A stretch of 56,392 bases of DNA from an archaeon (GTDB lineage: Archaea > Nanobdellota > Nanobdellia > Pacearchaeales > GW2011-AR1): the NCBI GenBank assembly GCA_009992175.1, contig JAACWA010000015.1:1-56392 (forward strand), read 5' to 3'. The notes under the pieces were generated by a model, which was not told the origin of the DNA, searched no databases, and saw only the letters and a list, made by a program, of their open reading frames with translations. The position numbers and the translations under genes are program-made. Positions 36,492 to 45,976 of the stretch are shown piece after piece (the first letter of the stretch is position 1; each line of letters begins with the position of its first letter).

Positions 36492-36516
36492 CTAATTTCT
36501 TATAAAAATACTAGAT

Positions 36517-36591
36517 GGCTCCGTAGCTCAGCCTGGTCAGAGCACTGGACTTTTAATCCAGGTGTCGAGGGTTCGAATCCCTTCGGGGCCA
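36517..36591 (+). tRNA. tRNA-Lys (UUU)
   Basis: Canonical cloverleaf: acceptor ggctccg/cggggcc, D arm gctc/gagc, anticodon stem ctgga/tccag, loop ctTTTaa, T arm gaggg-ttcgaat-ccctt. No encoded CCA. Confidence 0.92.
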
Positions 36592-36758
36592 TTTTTGATA
36601 ATCCAAAAAAATTAAAAGAAATTTTAAAAAAACCCAAAAAAAATCCTTCACCCAAAGGTTTTTAAACCATTTTTTAGTATCCTTTATTATAGCACCTTCC
36701 CCATAAGTTACTCTTTAGGGGCAATTGTGTAATATTATAAATCCCCGATGACAAAAAG

Positions 36759-36965
36759 ATGCATATTCTACAACCCAAACACATAAAACTTAATGAAAAA
36801 GAAATTGAAGAGGTCTTGACCCAATTAAATATCTCAAAAAGTCAACTTCCAAAAATTTTGTCAAGTGATGTTGCTCTTTCAGAAGAATGTGAAATAGGGG
36901 ATGTAATCAAAATTGAAAGAAAAGAAGAGTCAGAATTAAATTCTTATTATCGGGTTGTTGTATAA
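36759..36965 (+). CDS. rpoH: RNA polymerase subunit H (Rpo5)
   Basis: 68 aa. HILQPKHIKLNEKEIEEVL...LPKILSSD...GDVIKIERK...YYRVVV matches the RpoH pattern. Located immediately upstream of rpoB. Confidence 0.85.
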   Translation: MHILQPKHIKLNEKEIEEVLTQLNISKSQLPKILSSDVALSEECEIGDVIKIERKEESELNSYYRVVV

Positions 36966-36966
36966 A

Positions 36967-39900
36967 ATGGTTGCGGAAAAAAATCATCTAGTTGTAAAAA
37001 AATATTTAGAGGGACATTCACTTGTAGAGTCAAACATTATTTCTTATAATGAATTTATTGGTCATAGAATGCAAGAAATTGTTGATGACATTTCTGGTTC
37101 AATAGATCAAGATGAAGAAGAATTTAAAATTCAATTAGGAAAAGTAGAAGTGGGTAAACCGGCTGTAATAGAAGCTGATGGGAGTGCTTCAAAAATAATG
37201 CCTTATGAAGCAAGACTTAGAAATTTAACTTACGCTGCACCAATAACTCTTGAATTAACTGTAAAAAAAGATGGACAAGTAGATTCTGAATTAGTTGAAA
37301 TTGGAAAAATCCCTGTAATGGTTAAAAGTAATGCTTGTAACACTCAAGTTTTAGATAAAAAGGGTTTAATTGAAAATTATCATGACCCCTTAGACCCTGG
37401 AGGATACTTTATTATTAAAGGAAATGAAAGAGTAATGGTTATGGCTGAAGACCTTGCTGAAAATCAACCTTTTATTGAAGAAAATAATAAAGGTCAATTA
37501 ATTTTGAAACTCTTTAGTCTTAAAGGAACCTATAGAATTCCAACAACAATTAAAGAAAGTAAGGAAGGAATTTTTGAAACTTCATTTTCAAGATTCAAAG
37601 ATGTTCCGACAGTAATTTTGTTAAAATCACTTGGATTAACTAAAGAATCAGATATTTCTAAATTTATAGGAAAAGAAACTGACAGTGTAATTGTTAACCT
37701 TTACGAATTTGCCAACCTTGCAACTGAAGAAGATGCAATGATGTATATTGCAGAAAAAACTAATTTACAAGGAACAAAGAAAGAAATTTTAGATAGGGTT
37801 AAACAAAGAATTGATTCTTATTTATTTCCCCACATTGGACAAGACAAAAATTCTCGAATGAAAAAAGCAGTTACAATTTGTAAATTAATTAAACAATTTT
37901 TACTTGCAAAGGAGAATCCTGAACTTCATACTGATAAAGACCATTATGCAAATAAAAGAGTTAGACTTTCAGGTGACTTGTTAACTACACTTTTCAAAGT
38001 TAACCTTGGAATTTTAATTAGAGATTTACAGTATTCCCTTCAAAAATCTTCAAAAAGAAAGAAATTTTTCTCAATAAAAGTTTTAGCAAAATCAACTTTA
38101 TTTAGTCATAGAGTTGAATCAGCAATTGCAACAGGTTCATGGACTGGAGAAAGAAGTGGAGTTACTCAAAATATGGATAAGACAAACTACCTTGCAACAA
38201 TTTCACAATTGCAAAGAGTTTCGAGTATGCTTGAAAGTGGACAAGAAAACTTTAAAGCAAGAACTCTTCATCCCACACATTTTGGAAGATTTTGTCCAAT
38301 TGAAACTCCTGAAGGAACTGAAATTGGATTAAGAAAAAATTTAGCTTTAATGAGTAAAGTTGCAACAAGGGTAGATTTAGATGAAGATAGATTTATGAAA
38401 TATTTAGAAAAATCTGGATTGGATAAAGAGAGGGTAGATGGAATGGAAGTTTTCTTTAATGGAAATTATATTGGGAATGTTGAAAATGGGAAGGACTTTG
38501 CAAATTTAATAAAAGAAAAAAGAAGAGCAGGAGAACTTCCGGTTGAATTGAGCCTTCATGAAAAAATTGGACTTCAATCAATTTCTATTTCAACTGAACC
38601 TGGAAGAGTTTTAAGGCCATTAGTGATTGTTGAAAATGGAGTTTCTAAATTAAAAGATGAACATTTAATTCAATTAGAACAGGGGAATATGACTTGGGTT
38701 GACCTTGTTAAAATGGGAATAGTTGAGTACCTTGACGCCTCCGAAGAAGAAGGAGCTTTGGTTTCTATTAATAACCAAGAAATTACTTCTGACCACACTC
38801 ATGTTGAAGTTGACTCTATCTCATTCTTAGGGGCTGTAACGAGTTTAGTTCCATATGGTAACCATGATCAGTCATCGAGGTTGAACAGAGGTTCAAAGAC
38901 CCAGAAACAGGCTCTTGGGCTTTATGCTGCTAATTATTTATGTAGACTTGATACTGATGTTTCAATTTTACAATATCCTCAAAAACCTCTTGTTAGAAGT
39001 TTTGTATATGATACCTTAAACACTTACCCTGCAGGACAAAATTTGACTGTTGCAATCATGACTTATGAAGGATATAATATGGAAGATGCCCTTATCTTAA
39101 ACAAAGGAAGTCTTGACCGTGGAGTTGGAAGAAGTTTTTACTTTAGACCATATTCTGCAATAGAAATGAATTATGCTGGAGGATTAAAAGATGAAATTAC
39201 AATTCCAGATAAAGATATCTCCGGTTACAAAATGGAATCACTTTACAAATCTCTAGAAGATGATGGAATTATTTATCCTGAATCAGAGATACATGAAGGA
39301 GAAGTTTTAATTGGAAAAACTTCACCTCCTAAATTTTTAAGTGAAGCAAGAGAAATTTCAGTTAGAACAAAAAAAGAATCAAGTGTGACACTTAGGCAAG
39401 AAGAAAAGGGAGTTGTTGAATCAGTATTTGTGACAATTGATGATGAAGGAAATAAAATTGTTCAAGTTAAAACAAGAGATTTGAGGATTCCTGAATTGGG
39501 AGATAAATTTGCAACTGCACACGGACAGAAAGGAGTTATTGGTGCAATTGTCGACGAAGAAGATATTCCTTTTACAAATTCTGGGGTGAGACCCGACATA
39601 ATGTTTAATCCTCATGGATTACCAAGTCGTATGACTGTTGGATATTTACTTGAACTTTTAGCAGGAAAAACTGCTTCACTTAGAGGAAAAGTAGTTGATG
39701 GAACTTCTTTCTCCGGTGAAACTAAAAAAGATTTGGAAGAGCAACTTAAAAATCTTGGATTTAGGTATGACGGAAAAGAAACTATGAGAAGTGGAGTTAC
39801 AGGAAAAAAACTTATTTCAAAGATTTTTATTGGAAATTTATATTATTTGAAACTTAAGTATATGGTAGCAAATAAACTTCATGGAAGAGCATCTGGAAAG

Positions 39901-40230
39901 ATTGCACTTCTTACAAGGCAACCAATCGAAGGAAGAAGTCGTGGAGGAGCACTTAGACTTGGGGAAATGGAACAACAAGCACTTGTTGCTCATGGAGCAT
40001 CACTTCTATTAAAAGAAAGGTATGATTCAGATAAAGTTGTTTTACCAATTTGTTCTAAATGTGGTTCAATAGGACTTGAAGACAAAATAAGAAATAAAAC
40101 ATCTTGTCCTGAATGCCACTCAGAAGAAATTGAACCAATTGAAGTTTCATATGCTTTCAAACTTTTAGTTGAAGAACTTCAAGGACTTCACGTAAATACT
40201 AAATTTGATTTAAAAAATAAATACGAATAA
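36967..40230 (+). CDS. rpoB: RNA polymerase subunit B (Rpo2), unsplit
   Basis: 1087 aa from the ATG 1 nt after the rpoH stop (the track TTG start is at 36955). Motifs GYNMEDA, GDKFATAHGQKGV, NPHGLPSRMTVG, GEMEQQAL and a C-terminal zinc CSKCG...CPECH. Confidence 0.95.
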   Translation: MVAEKNHLVVKKYLEGHSLVESNIISYNEFIGHRMQEIVDDISGSIDQDEEEFKIQLGKVEVGKPAVIEADGSASKIMPYEARLRNLTYAAPITLELTVKKDGQVDSELVEIGKIPVMVKSNACNTQVLDKKGLIENYHDPLDPGGYFIIKGNERVMVMAEDLAENQPFIEENNKGQLILKLFSLKGTYRIPTTIKESKEGIFETSFSRFKDVPTVILLKSLGLTKESDISKFIGKETDSVIVNLYEFANLATEEDAMMYIAEKTNLQGTKKEILDRVKQRIDSYLFPHIGQDKNSRMKKAVTICKLIKQFLLAKENPELHTDKDHYANKRVRLSGDLLTTLFKVNLGILIRDLQYSLQKSSKRKKFFSIKVLAKSTLFSHRVESAIATGSWTGERSGVTQNMDKTNYLATISQLQRVSSMLESGQENFKARTLHPTHFGRFCPIETPEGTEIGLRKNLALMSKVATRVDLDEDRFMKYLEKSGLDKERVDGMEVFFNGNYIGNVENGKDFANLIKEKRRAGELPVELSLHEKIGLQSISISTEPGRVLRPLVIVENGVSKLKDEHLIQLEQGNMTWVDLVKMGIVEYLDASEEEGALVSINNQEITSDHTHVEVDSISFLGAVTSLVPYGNHDQSSRLNRGSKTQKQALGLYAANYLCRLDTDVSILQYPQKPLVRSFVYDTLNTYPAGQNLTVAIMTYEGYNMEDALILNKGSLDRGVGRSFYFRPYSAIEMNYAGGLKDEITIPDKDISGYKMESLYKSLEDDGIIYPESEIHEGEVLIGKTSPPKFLSEAREISVRTKKESSVTLRQEEKGVVESVFVTIDDEGNKIVQVKTRDLRIPELGDKFATAHGQKGVIGAIVDEEDIPFTNSGVRPDIMFNPHGLPSRMTVGYLLELLAGKTASLRGKVVDGTSFSGETKKDLEEQLKNLGFRYDGKETMRSGVTGKKLISKIFIGNLYYLKLKYMVANKLHGRASGKIALLTRQPIEGRSRGGALRLGEMEQQALVAHGASLLLKERYDSDKVVLPICSKCGSIGLEDKIRNKTSCPECHSEEIEPIEVSYAFKLLVEELQGLHVNTKFDLKNKYE

Positions 40231-40232
40231 AA

Positions 40233-40604
40233 ATGGGAAAAAATATTGAAAAATTAGCAGAATATGGAGAATTTGTATTAGAACAAAGTTTAGTTTCGAG
40301 CTTAAAAAAAATTCAATTAAATTTGAGAGATTTATCTGAAGTTAAGGAAGATATTAACTTAAAAGAAGCCTATACTAAAAATTTGAAATTAAATGTAACA
40401 GAACATCAAAACAATGTTGAATATTTTAAAAAAGAATATGGTCTGAACTTTCCTGAATTGAATGAAAAATATAAAAAATTATTACCAGAGATTATTAAAT
40501 ATTCTGAATCAAAAATAGGAAAGGAAAATTTAGGAAAAATACTCAAAGAAGGATTCAAAATCATAAGTGAAGATAAAAAATTAGTTGAGGAATTAAGAAA
40601 ATGA
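40233..40604 (+). CDS. hypothetical helical protein embedded in the RNAP operon
   Basis: 123-aa ORF starting 2 nt after the rpoB stop. Its stop overlaps the next ATG (ATGA). No motif recognised. Confidence 0.55.
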   Translation: MGKNIEKLAEYGEFVLEQSLVSSLKKIQLNLRDLSEVKEDINLKEAYTKNLKLNVTEHQNNVEYFKKEYGLNFPELNEKYKKLLPEIIKYSESKIGKENLGKILKEGFKIISEDKKLVEELRK

Positions 40605-40792
40605 AAAAACAATCAGAAAGTGATTATGAAAAGATGATAAACCTCCCTTTCAATAGTGATGGTTATAATCCAAGTAATTATGAGAGAAAAATTGAAAATA
40701 AAAAATTGAGTATTGAAGAAGTTCAAAAAGATTTTATTAAAATGCCTAACATTGAGGAAATTCAAAGTAAATTTATAAAATTAAAAAAATGA
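40601..40792 (+). CDS. hypothetical small protein embedded in the RNAP operon
   Basis: 63-aa ORF with ATGA overlaps at both ends (with the previous ORF and with rpoA). Confidence 0.5.
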   Translation: MKKQSESDYEKMINLPFNSDGYNPSNYERKIENKKLSIEEVQKDFIKMPNIEEIQSKFIKLKK

Positions 40793-43700
40793 AAAAAACA
40801 GTAAGCAAAAAAATTGGAGAAATAAAGTTTTCATTACTTAGCCCTGAGCAAATAAAAAAGATTTCAGTAGCTAAAATTGTAACTCCTGAACTTTATGACA
40901 TCGATGGTTATCCTGTTGATGGAGGTTTGATGGATTTGCGTCTTGGAGCAATTGATCCTGGAGTGAGATGTCGAACTTGCGGAGGAAAAATTAAGGAATG
41001 TTTGGGACATCCTGGAAGTATTGACCTCGCAAAACCAATTATGCATTTAAAATATATTTCTGTAATTGAACTTGGACTTAGATCATTTTGTCAAGAGTGT
41101 GGAAAACTTATGCTTGATGAAAAAGATTTGAAAAAATATTCTCCAAGTGAAAGAGCAAAAAAAGCAAAAGACAATAAAAAGTGTCCTCACTGTCAAGCAA
41201 CTCAGGAAAAAGTAAAACTCGAAAAACCAACAAGCTTTTACAAAGGAAAAACAAGACTTTTCCCAACTGAAATAAGAGAAAGTTTAGTTAAAATTCCAGA
41301 TGAAGAACTTAAAAAAATTGGTGTTAACCCAAGAACATGTAGAATAGAATGGGCAATTTTAAATTCTTTAATTGTTCCGCCTGTTACAGTTAGACCAAGT
41401 ATTATTTTAGAGTCTGGAGAAAGAAGTGAAGATGATTTAACTCATAAATTGTCAGATATCATAAGGGCTAATCAAAGACTTTGGGAAAACCTTAATGCTG
41501 GAGCTCCAGAAGTTATAATTGAAGACCTTTGGGATTTACTTCAATATCATATTACAACTTTCTTTGACAATACTGTTGCTAGAGTTCCTCCAGCAAGACA
41601 TAGAAGTGGTCAACCTTTGAAAACAATTACTGAAAGGATAAAAGGTAAAGAAGGAAGAATTAGAAAAAACATCGCCGGAAAAAGAGTAAACTATTCTGGT
41701 AGAACTGTGATTAGTCCTGACCCTAATATTAGAATAAATGAAGTTGGAATTCCTTTTGAAATTGCAAGAGTTGTTACAGTTTCAGAAACAGTTAATGATT
41801 TGAATAAAGAAAAACTTTCTAAACTTATTAAAAATGGTGAAGTTTGGCCAGGAGCAAACTATATTATTAGGCCTGATGGAAGAAAGAAAAAAATAACTGC
41901 TGAACTTCAAGAAGAGATTATTGAAGAACTTAAACCTGGATATAAAGTTGAAAGACATTTACAGGATGGAGATGTTGTTTTGTTTAACCGTCATCCTTCA
42001 CTTCATAGAGCAAGTTTAATGGCACACTTTGTGAGAGTTCTTCCAGGAAGAACTTTTAGAGTCCACCCCGCTGCAGCAAATCCTTATAATGCCGACTTTG
42101 ACGGTGATGAGATGAATATTCACTCTCCACAAAATGAAGAAGCGAGAGCTGAATCAAAAATATTACTTGATGTTAAACAAAATTTAATTTCACCAAAGAA
42201 TAATACTAATTTAATTGGATGTATTGTTGACGCAGTTACAGGAAATTACCTTCTTGGTCAAAAAGAATTTACACGTGAAGAAGCAAATCAACTTTTATAT
42301 AAATCGGGAATTGAATTAGATATTTCGACAAAGATGATTAGTGGAAAAGATGTTTTCTCTTCAGTAATTCCTGATGTAGATTTTTCAAACTCCTCAATTG
42401 AAATTAAAAAAGGAAAAGTCCTTAAGGGAGATATTGATAAAAGTACTTTTGGTGACGAAGGTGGAGAACTTGTAAAAATAATTGATCAAAAGTATGGAAG
42501 AAATGAAGCATTTGATTCTATTAGAAGAGCATTTAACCTTGGTAAAAATTATTTGTCGGAAAGAGGAATCACTGCATCTGTTGAAGACTTTGATTTAGAT
42601 GAAGACACAATTGCAGAGAGTGAAAAAATAATTAAATCAACTGAGAAAAAAGCTGATGAAATTATTCAATCTTATCGAGATGAAACAATCGAACTTATTC
42701 CGGGAAAATCAGCAGAAGAATCTCGTGAAATACATTTACTTAAAGTTTTAAATGAAGTTAGAACAAAAATTGGTGCAATGGTAAAAGAAAGATTCCCCAA
42801 CACTAATCCAGTTAGTTATATGATAAAATCTGGTGGTGGAGGAAATATTCTTAACATTACTCAGATGGCTTCATGTGTTGGTCAACAGGCCTTTGCTGGA
42901 GGAAGAATTGATATTGGTTACACTGAAAGAACACTTTCATTTTTCAAAAAAGGAGATTTGAGTCCAAAAGCAAGAGGATTTATTCGAAGTGCATTTATTA
43001 AAGGACTTAGACCTGATGAATTTTTCTTCCAAGCAATTACTGGTCGTGATTCACTGATGGATACTGCACTTAGAACTCCAAAATCAGGTTATTTATATAG
43101 ACGTCTTGCTAATGCACTTCAAGATATGAGGGTTGAATATGATGGAACAATTAGAGATTCAGGAAACAATATAATCCAATTCAAATATGGTCTTGATGGA
43201 TATGATGTTTCAAAAATTCACTTAAAAGAAAAAATCTCGTCGGGAGAAGCAGTTGGACTCGTGACTGCACAGTCATTTGGTGAAGCTTCAACACAGATGG
43301 TTTTGAATACTTTCCATATGGCAGGTGTAGCTGAAATGCAGGTTACAACTGGACTTCCAAGAATTATTGAAATTTTTGACGCAAGAAAGAAACCTTCTTC
43401 ACCAAAAATGGAAATTCACTTAGAAAGCGAGTTTAATAATGAAGAAAGTGCTAAAGAGTTTGCAGAACAAATTAAAGAAGTAAACCTAAAGGGAATTTCT
43501 TCAGAAATTAATTTAGATTTTAGTTCAAAAACAATTTCAATTAATTTAGATAAAAATGAACTTAAGAAAACACATACAACTTTAAACAAAGTTGTTGAAA
43601 AGCTTAATGAACTTGGGTTTAACGTCGAGAACAAAGGAAATTCCATTGTTTTAAATGCATCAGAATATGGATTTAAAGAAATTTATCAACTTAAAGAAAA

Positions 43701-44277
43701 ATTGAAAAAATCAATTATTTCGGGTGTTAAAGGTGTTGAACAAATATTGATTGTGAAAAGAGGAAGAGACTTTATTGTTATGACTCTTGGAACAAACTTG
43801 AAAGAAATGATAAAATTAAAAGAAGTTGATAAAAAGAAAATAATCTCTAATGACTTGCATGAAGTTGCAGTTGTATTTGGAATTGAAGCTGCAAGACAAT
43901 TAATTATTAATGAAATTAAAGAAGTTCTTGATTCACAGGGACTTGATATTAATATTAAACACTTGGAGCTTGTTGCTGATGCTATGACTAATAATGGTGA
44001 AGTTAAAGGAGTTACAAGGATGGGAATTATTGCTCAGAAAGCATCTATTTTAGCAAGAGCAACTTTTGAAACTCCAGTTAGACAGTTTGTAAATGCAATT
44101 GTTAAAGGTTCAACAGATAAATTAGAAAGTGTAATTGAGAACATTATTTTAAACCAACCTGTTCCAGTTGGGACAGGATTACCTGGATTGGTTGTAAATG
44201 TTATTGGTCCCTTAACTAAAGAAGAAAAACTTAAGAAAACTGCCGACTCAAAAATTGTTGAAAAAACAAATAAATAA
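40789..44277 (+). CDS. rpoA: RNA polymerase largest subunit, A' and A'' regions in one ORF
   Basis: 1162 aa, continuous. A' landmarks are CRTCGG/CLGHPG zinc, RHPSLH and NADFDGDEMN (aa 434-443). A'' landmarks are GEAVGLVTAQSFGEASTQMVLNTFHMAG (aa ~819-846) and NQPVPVGTGLPG near the C-terminus. Confidence 0.93.
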   Translation: MKKTVSKKIGEIKFSLLSPEQIKKISVAKIVTPELYDIDGYPVDGGLMDLRLGAIDPGVRCRTCGGKIKECLGHPGSIDLAKPIMHLKYISVIELGLRSFCQECGKLMLDEKDLKKYSPSERAKKAKDNKKCPHCQATQEKVKLEKPTSFYKGKTRLFPTEIRESLVKIPDEELKKIGVNPRTCRIEWAILNSLIVPPVTVRPSIILESGERSEDDLTHKLSDIIRANQRLWENLNAGAPEVIIEDLWDLLQYHITTFFDNTVARVPPARHRSGQPLKTITERIKGKEGRIRKNIAGKRVNYSGRTVISPDPNIRINEVGIPFEIARVVTVSETVNDLNKEKLSKLIKNGEVWPGANYIIRPDGRKKKITAELQEEIIEELKPGYKVERHLQDGDVVLFNRHPSLHRASLMAHFVRVLPGRTFRVHPAAANPYNADFDGDEMNIHSPQNEEARAESKILLDVKQNLISPKNNTNLIGCIVDAVTGNYLLGQKEFTREEANQLLYKSGIELDISTKMISGKDVFSSVIPDVDFSNSSIEIKKGKVLKGDIDKSTFGDEGGELVKIIDQKYGRNEAFDSIRRAFNLGKNYLSERGITASVEDFDLDEDTIAESEKIIKSTEKKADEIIQSYRDETIELIPGKSAEESREIHLLKVLNEVRTKIGAMVKERFPNTNPVSYMIKSGGGGNILNITQMASCVGQQAFAGGRIDIGYTERTLSFFKKGDLSPKARGFIRSAFIKGLRPDEFFFQAITGRDSLMDTALRTPKSGYLYRRLANALQDMRVEYDGTIRDSGNNIIQFKYGLDGYDVSKIHLKEKISSGEAVGLVTAQSFGEASTQMVLNTFHMAGVAEMQVTTGLPRIIEIFDARKKPSSPKMEIHLESEFNNEESAKEFAEQIKEVNLKGISSEINLDFSSKTISINLDKNELKKTHTTLNKVVEKLNELGFNVENKGNSIVLNASEYGFKEIYQLKEKLKKSIISGVKGVEQILIVKRGRDFIVMTLGTNLKEMIKLKEVDKKKIISNDLHEVAVVFGIEAARQLIINEIKEVLDSQGLDINIKHLELVADAMTNNGEVKGVTRMGIIAQKASILARATFETPVRQFVNAIVKGSTDKLESVIENIILNQPVPVGTGLPGLVVNVIGPLTKEEKLKKTADSKIVEKTNK

Positions 44278-44354
44278 AAATAATGATTAAAGATTTCTCT
44301 CTTAAGACAATTACTGACGAATAAAATGAATATTTTAAAAATGACAAATAACAA

Positions 44355-44364
44355 TTTTTATAAA
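44355..44364 (+). promoter_or_regulatory. TATA box
   Basis: tttttataaa lies about 31 nt upstream of the nusA ATG at 44391. Confidence 0.4.
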
Positions 44365-44390
44365 GCAAATAGATATATGAGGATTGTAAC

Positions 44391-44807
44391 ATGGTAAATA
44401 CAATTGATATGCAGGGGTTAAGATATCTAAGTTTATTTAGAAAAATAACTAAACTTGAAACCAGATATTGTTTTTTATATAATGAAATTTTAATGTTTTG
44501 TGTTCATAAGCATGACATTCCCCAAGCACTTGGAAGAAATGGAGAAAATCTAAAGAAGATGTCTGACATTTTAAAAAGAAGGGTTAGAATAATTCAAATT
44601 CCAAAAGGAATAGAAACTGCTAAACAATTTATTCAAGCTGTAATTGCTCCAGTTACTTTTAAAGAAATTGAAATTACCCCAAATGAATTAATAGTTAATG
44701 CTGGTAGCGAAAACAAGGCTGCGCTTCTAGGTAGAAACAAAAGAAGATTGAATGAAATGAAGACTATTGTTAAAGATTTTTTTAGAGTTGAATATAAGGT
44801 AATTTAA
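44391..44807 (+). CDS. nusA: archaeal NusA-like protein (two KH domains)
   Basis: 138 aa. LGRNGENLKKMSDIL and LLGRNKRRLNEMKTIV are KH GxxG-type motifs. Conserved position upstream of rps12. Confidence 0.8.
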   Translation: MVNTIDMQGLRYLSLFRKITKLETRYCFLYNEILMFCVHKHDIPQALGRNGENLKKMSDILKRRVRIIQIPKGIETAKQFIQAVIAPVTFKEIEITPNELIVNAGSENKAALLGRNKRRLNEMKTIVKDFFRVEYKVI

Positions 44808-44875
44808 TTTGAAACTCTTTTTTAAAATTCATCACAAGCTTTTTAAACTAATTTTCTTAAGGATATTCATATAAA

Positions 44876-45298
44876 ATGGGATTAAAAAGTGCATTTAAAA
44901 AATTAAAAGATAGAAAGAAATTTAGGTGGAAAGACCGGGCTTACAAAGTTCATACTCTCGACCTTTATTCTAAATCTGATCCCCTTGGTGGAGCAAATCA
45001 AGCTAAAGGAATTGTTCTCTCTAAATTTCAAAAAGAAGCAAGACAGCCTAACTCTGCCATGAGAAAGTGTTGCAGAGTTCAGTTAACAAAAAATGGAAAA
45101 GTTGTTGGAGCTTTTATTCCTGGAAACTTAGCTCAAAAATTTATTGATGAACATGATGAAGTAATGATTGAAAGAATTGGTGGAAAACAAGGACGTGCTA
45201 AAGGAGACATTGCAGGAATCAGATATAAAGTAATTAAAGTAAATGATCAACCTCTTCACAGATTGTGGATGGGTAAGATACAGAAGGGTAGAAGATAA
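44876..45298 (+). CDS. rps12: ribosomal protein S12 (uS12)
   Basis: 140 aa with KGIVL...[22 protein letters not shown] and [14 protein letters not shown]. Confidence 0.95.
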   Translation: MGLKSAFKKLKDRKKFRWKDRAYKVHTLDLYSKSDPLGGANQAKGIVLSKFQKEARQPNSAMRKCCRVQLTKNGKVVGAFIPGNLAQKFIDEHDEVMIERIGGKQGRAKGDIAGIRYKVIKVNDQPLHRLWMGKIQKGRR

Positions 45299-45299
45299 A

Positions 45300-45923
45300 A
45301 TGGAAGAAAAAATAACTGAAAAAAAAGAAATTAATTTTAAAATTTTTGATATGTGGGACATTTCGGAAGTTCAAATTGTTGACCTGGGACTTAAGAACGC
45401 AATTAATTTAAAACCATTACTTGCACTTAAAACTCACGGAAGAAATGTTGTTAAACATGGCCAAACTAAAGTTAACATTGTTGAAAGACTAATGAATAAA
45501 CTTTCTCTTACTGGACATAGAAATAAAAAACACAGACTTGAAGTTGGACATTCTACTGGAAAATATTCTAAAAATATGAATATGGTTATTGAAGCATTCA
45601 AAGTTATTGAAAAGAAAACTGGTAAAAACCCTGTTGAAGTTTTAGTTAGATCAATTGAAAAAGCTAGTCCTAGAGATGAAACAACAATAATTGAATATGG
45701 TGGAGCAAGGTATCCCCAAGCTGTTGACGTTTCACCGATAAGACGTGTTAACTTAGCATTAAAAAATATGGTTCACGGGGCAAGTGATAAAGCTTTTGGA
45801 AAAAAGAAAAAGTTAAGTCAAACATTAGCTGAAGAAATAATTATGGCTTATGAAGAAAATGGTGAAAGCGTTGCAATGAGAAAAAAGAAAGAAGCTGAAG
45901 CTCAAGCTGATTCTGCTAGATAA
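45300..45923 (+). CDS. rps7: ribosomal protein S7 (uS7)
   Basis: Start taken at the ATG 1 nt after the rps12 stop (MEEKITEKK). VERLMNKL, IVIEAFKVIEKKTG and GGARYPQAVDVSPIRR are typical of uS7. The longer track ORF overlaps rps12. Confidence 0.92.
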   Translation: MEEKITEKKEINFKIFDMWDISEVQIVDLGLKNAINLKPLLALKTHGRNVVKHGQTKVNIVERLMNKLSLTGHRNKKHRLEVGHSTGKYSKNMNMVIEAFKVIEKKTGKNPVEVLVRSIEKASPRDETTIIEYGGARYPQAVDVSPIRRVNLALKNMVHGASDKAFGKKKKLSQTLAEEIIMAYEENGESVAMRKKKEAEAQADSAR

Positions 45924-45976
45924 AATCTATTTTGCATCTTAATAATTGTTATAAAGAAATGATTTCTAGATAATTT

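Noticed and set aside
36592-36758. Possible small RNA (for example C/D box sRNA) in the 167-nt spacer between tRNA-Lys and rpoH, which has somewhat GC-richer patches (ccttcccc...tagggg, cgatgac).
   Set aside because: There is no convincing C (RUGAUGA) plus D (CUGA) box pair with a terminal stem, and no stable extended structure visible by eye. The region also has to house the rpoH promoter (atattataaa at 36732..36741).
19276-45361. Further shadow ORFs: 19276..19458, 19861..20169, 20647..20847, 21735..21920, 23203..23385, 26368..26550, 26822..27103, 27221..27439, 27870..28130, 31013..31237, 33045..33284, 33623..34042, 35722..35925, 38114..38332, 39421..39615, 40406..40612, 40864..41046, 43416..43646, 44034..44354, 45128..45361.
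   Set aside because: Same reasoning: each is embedded in or antisense to a confidently identified gene (TIM-barrel gene, U32, nrdR/nrdJ, dCMP deaminase, folA, rpoB, rpoA, rps12 and others) and lacks any motif.
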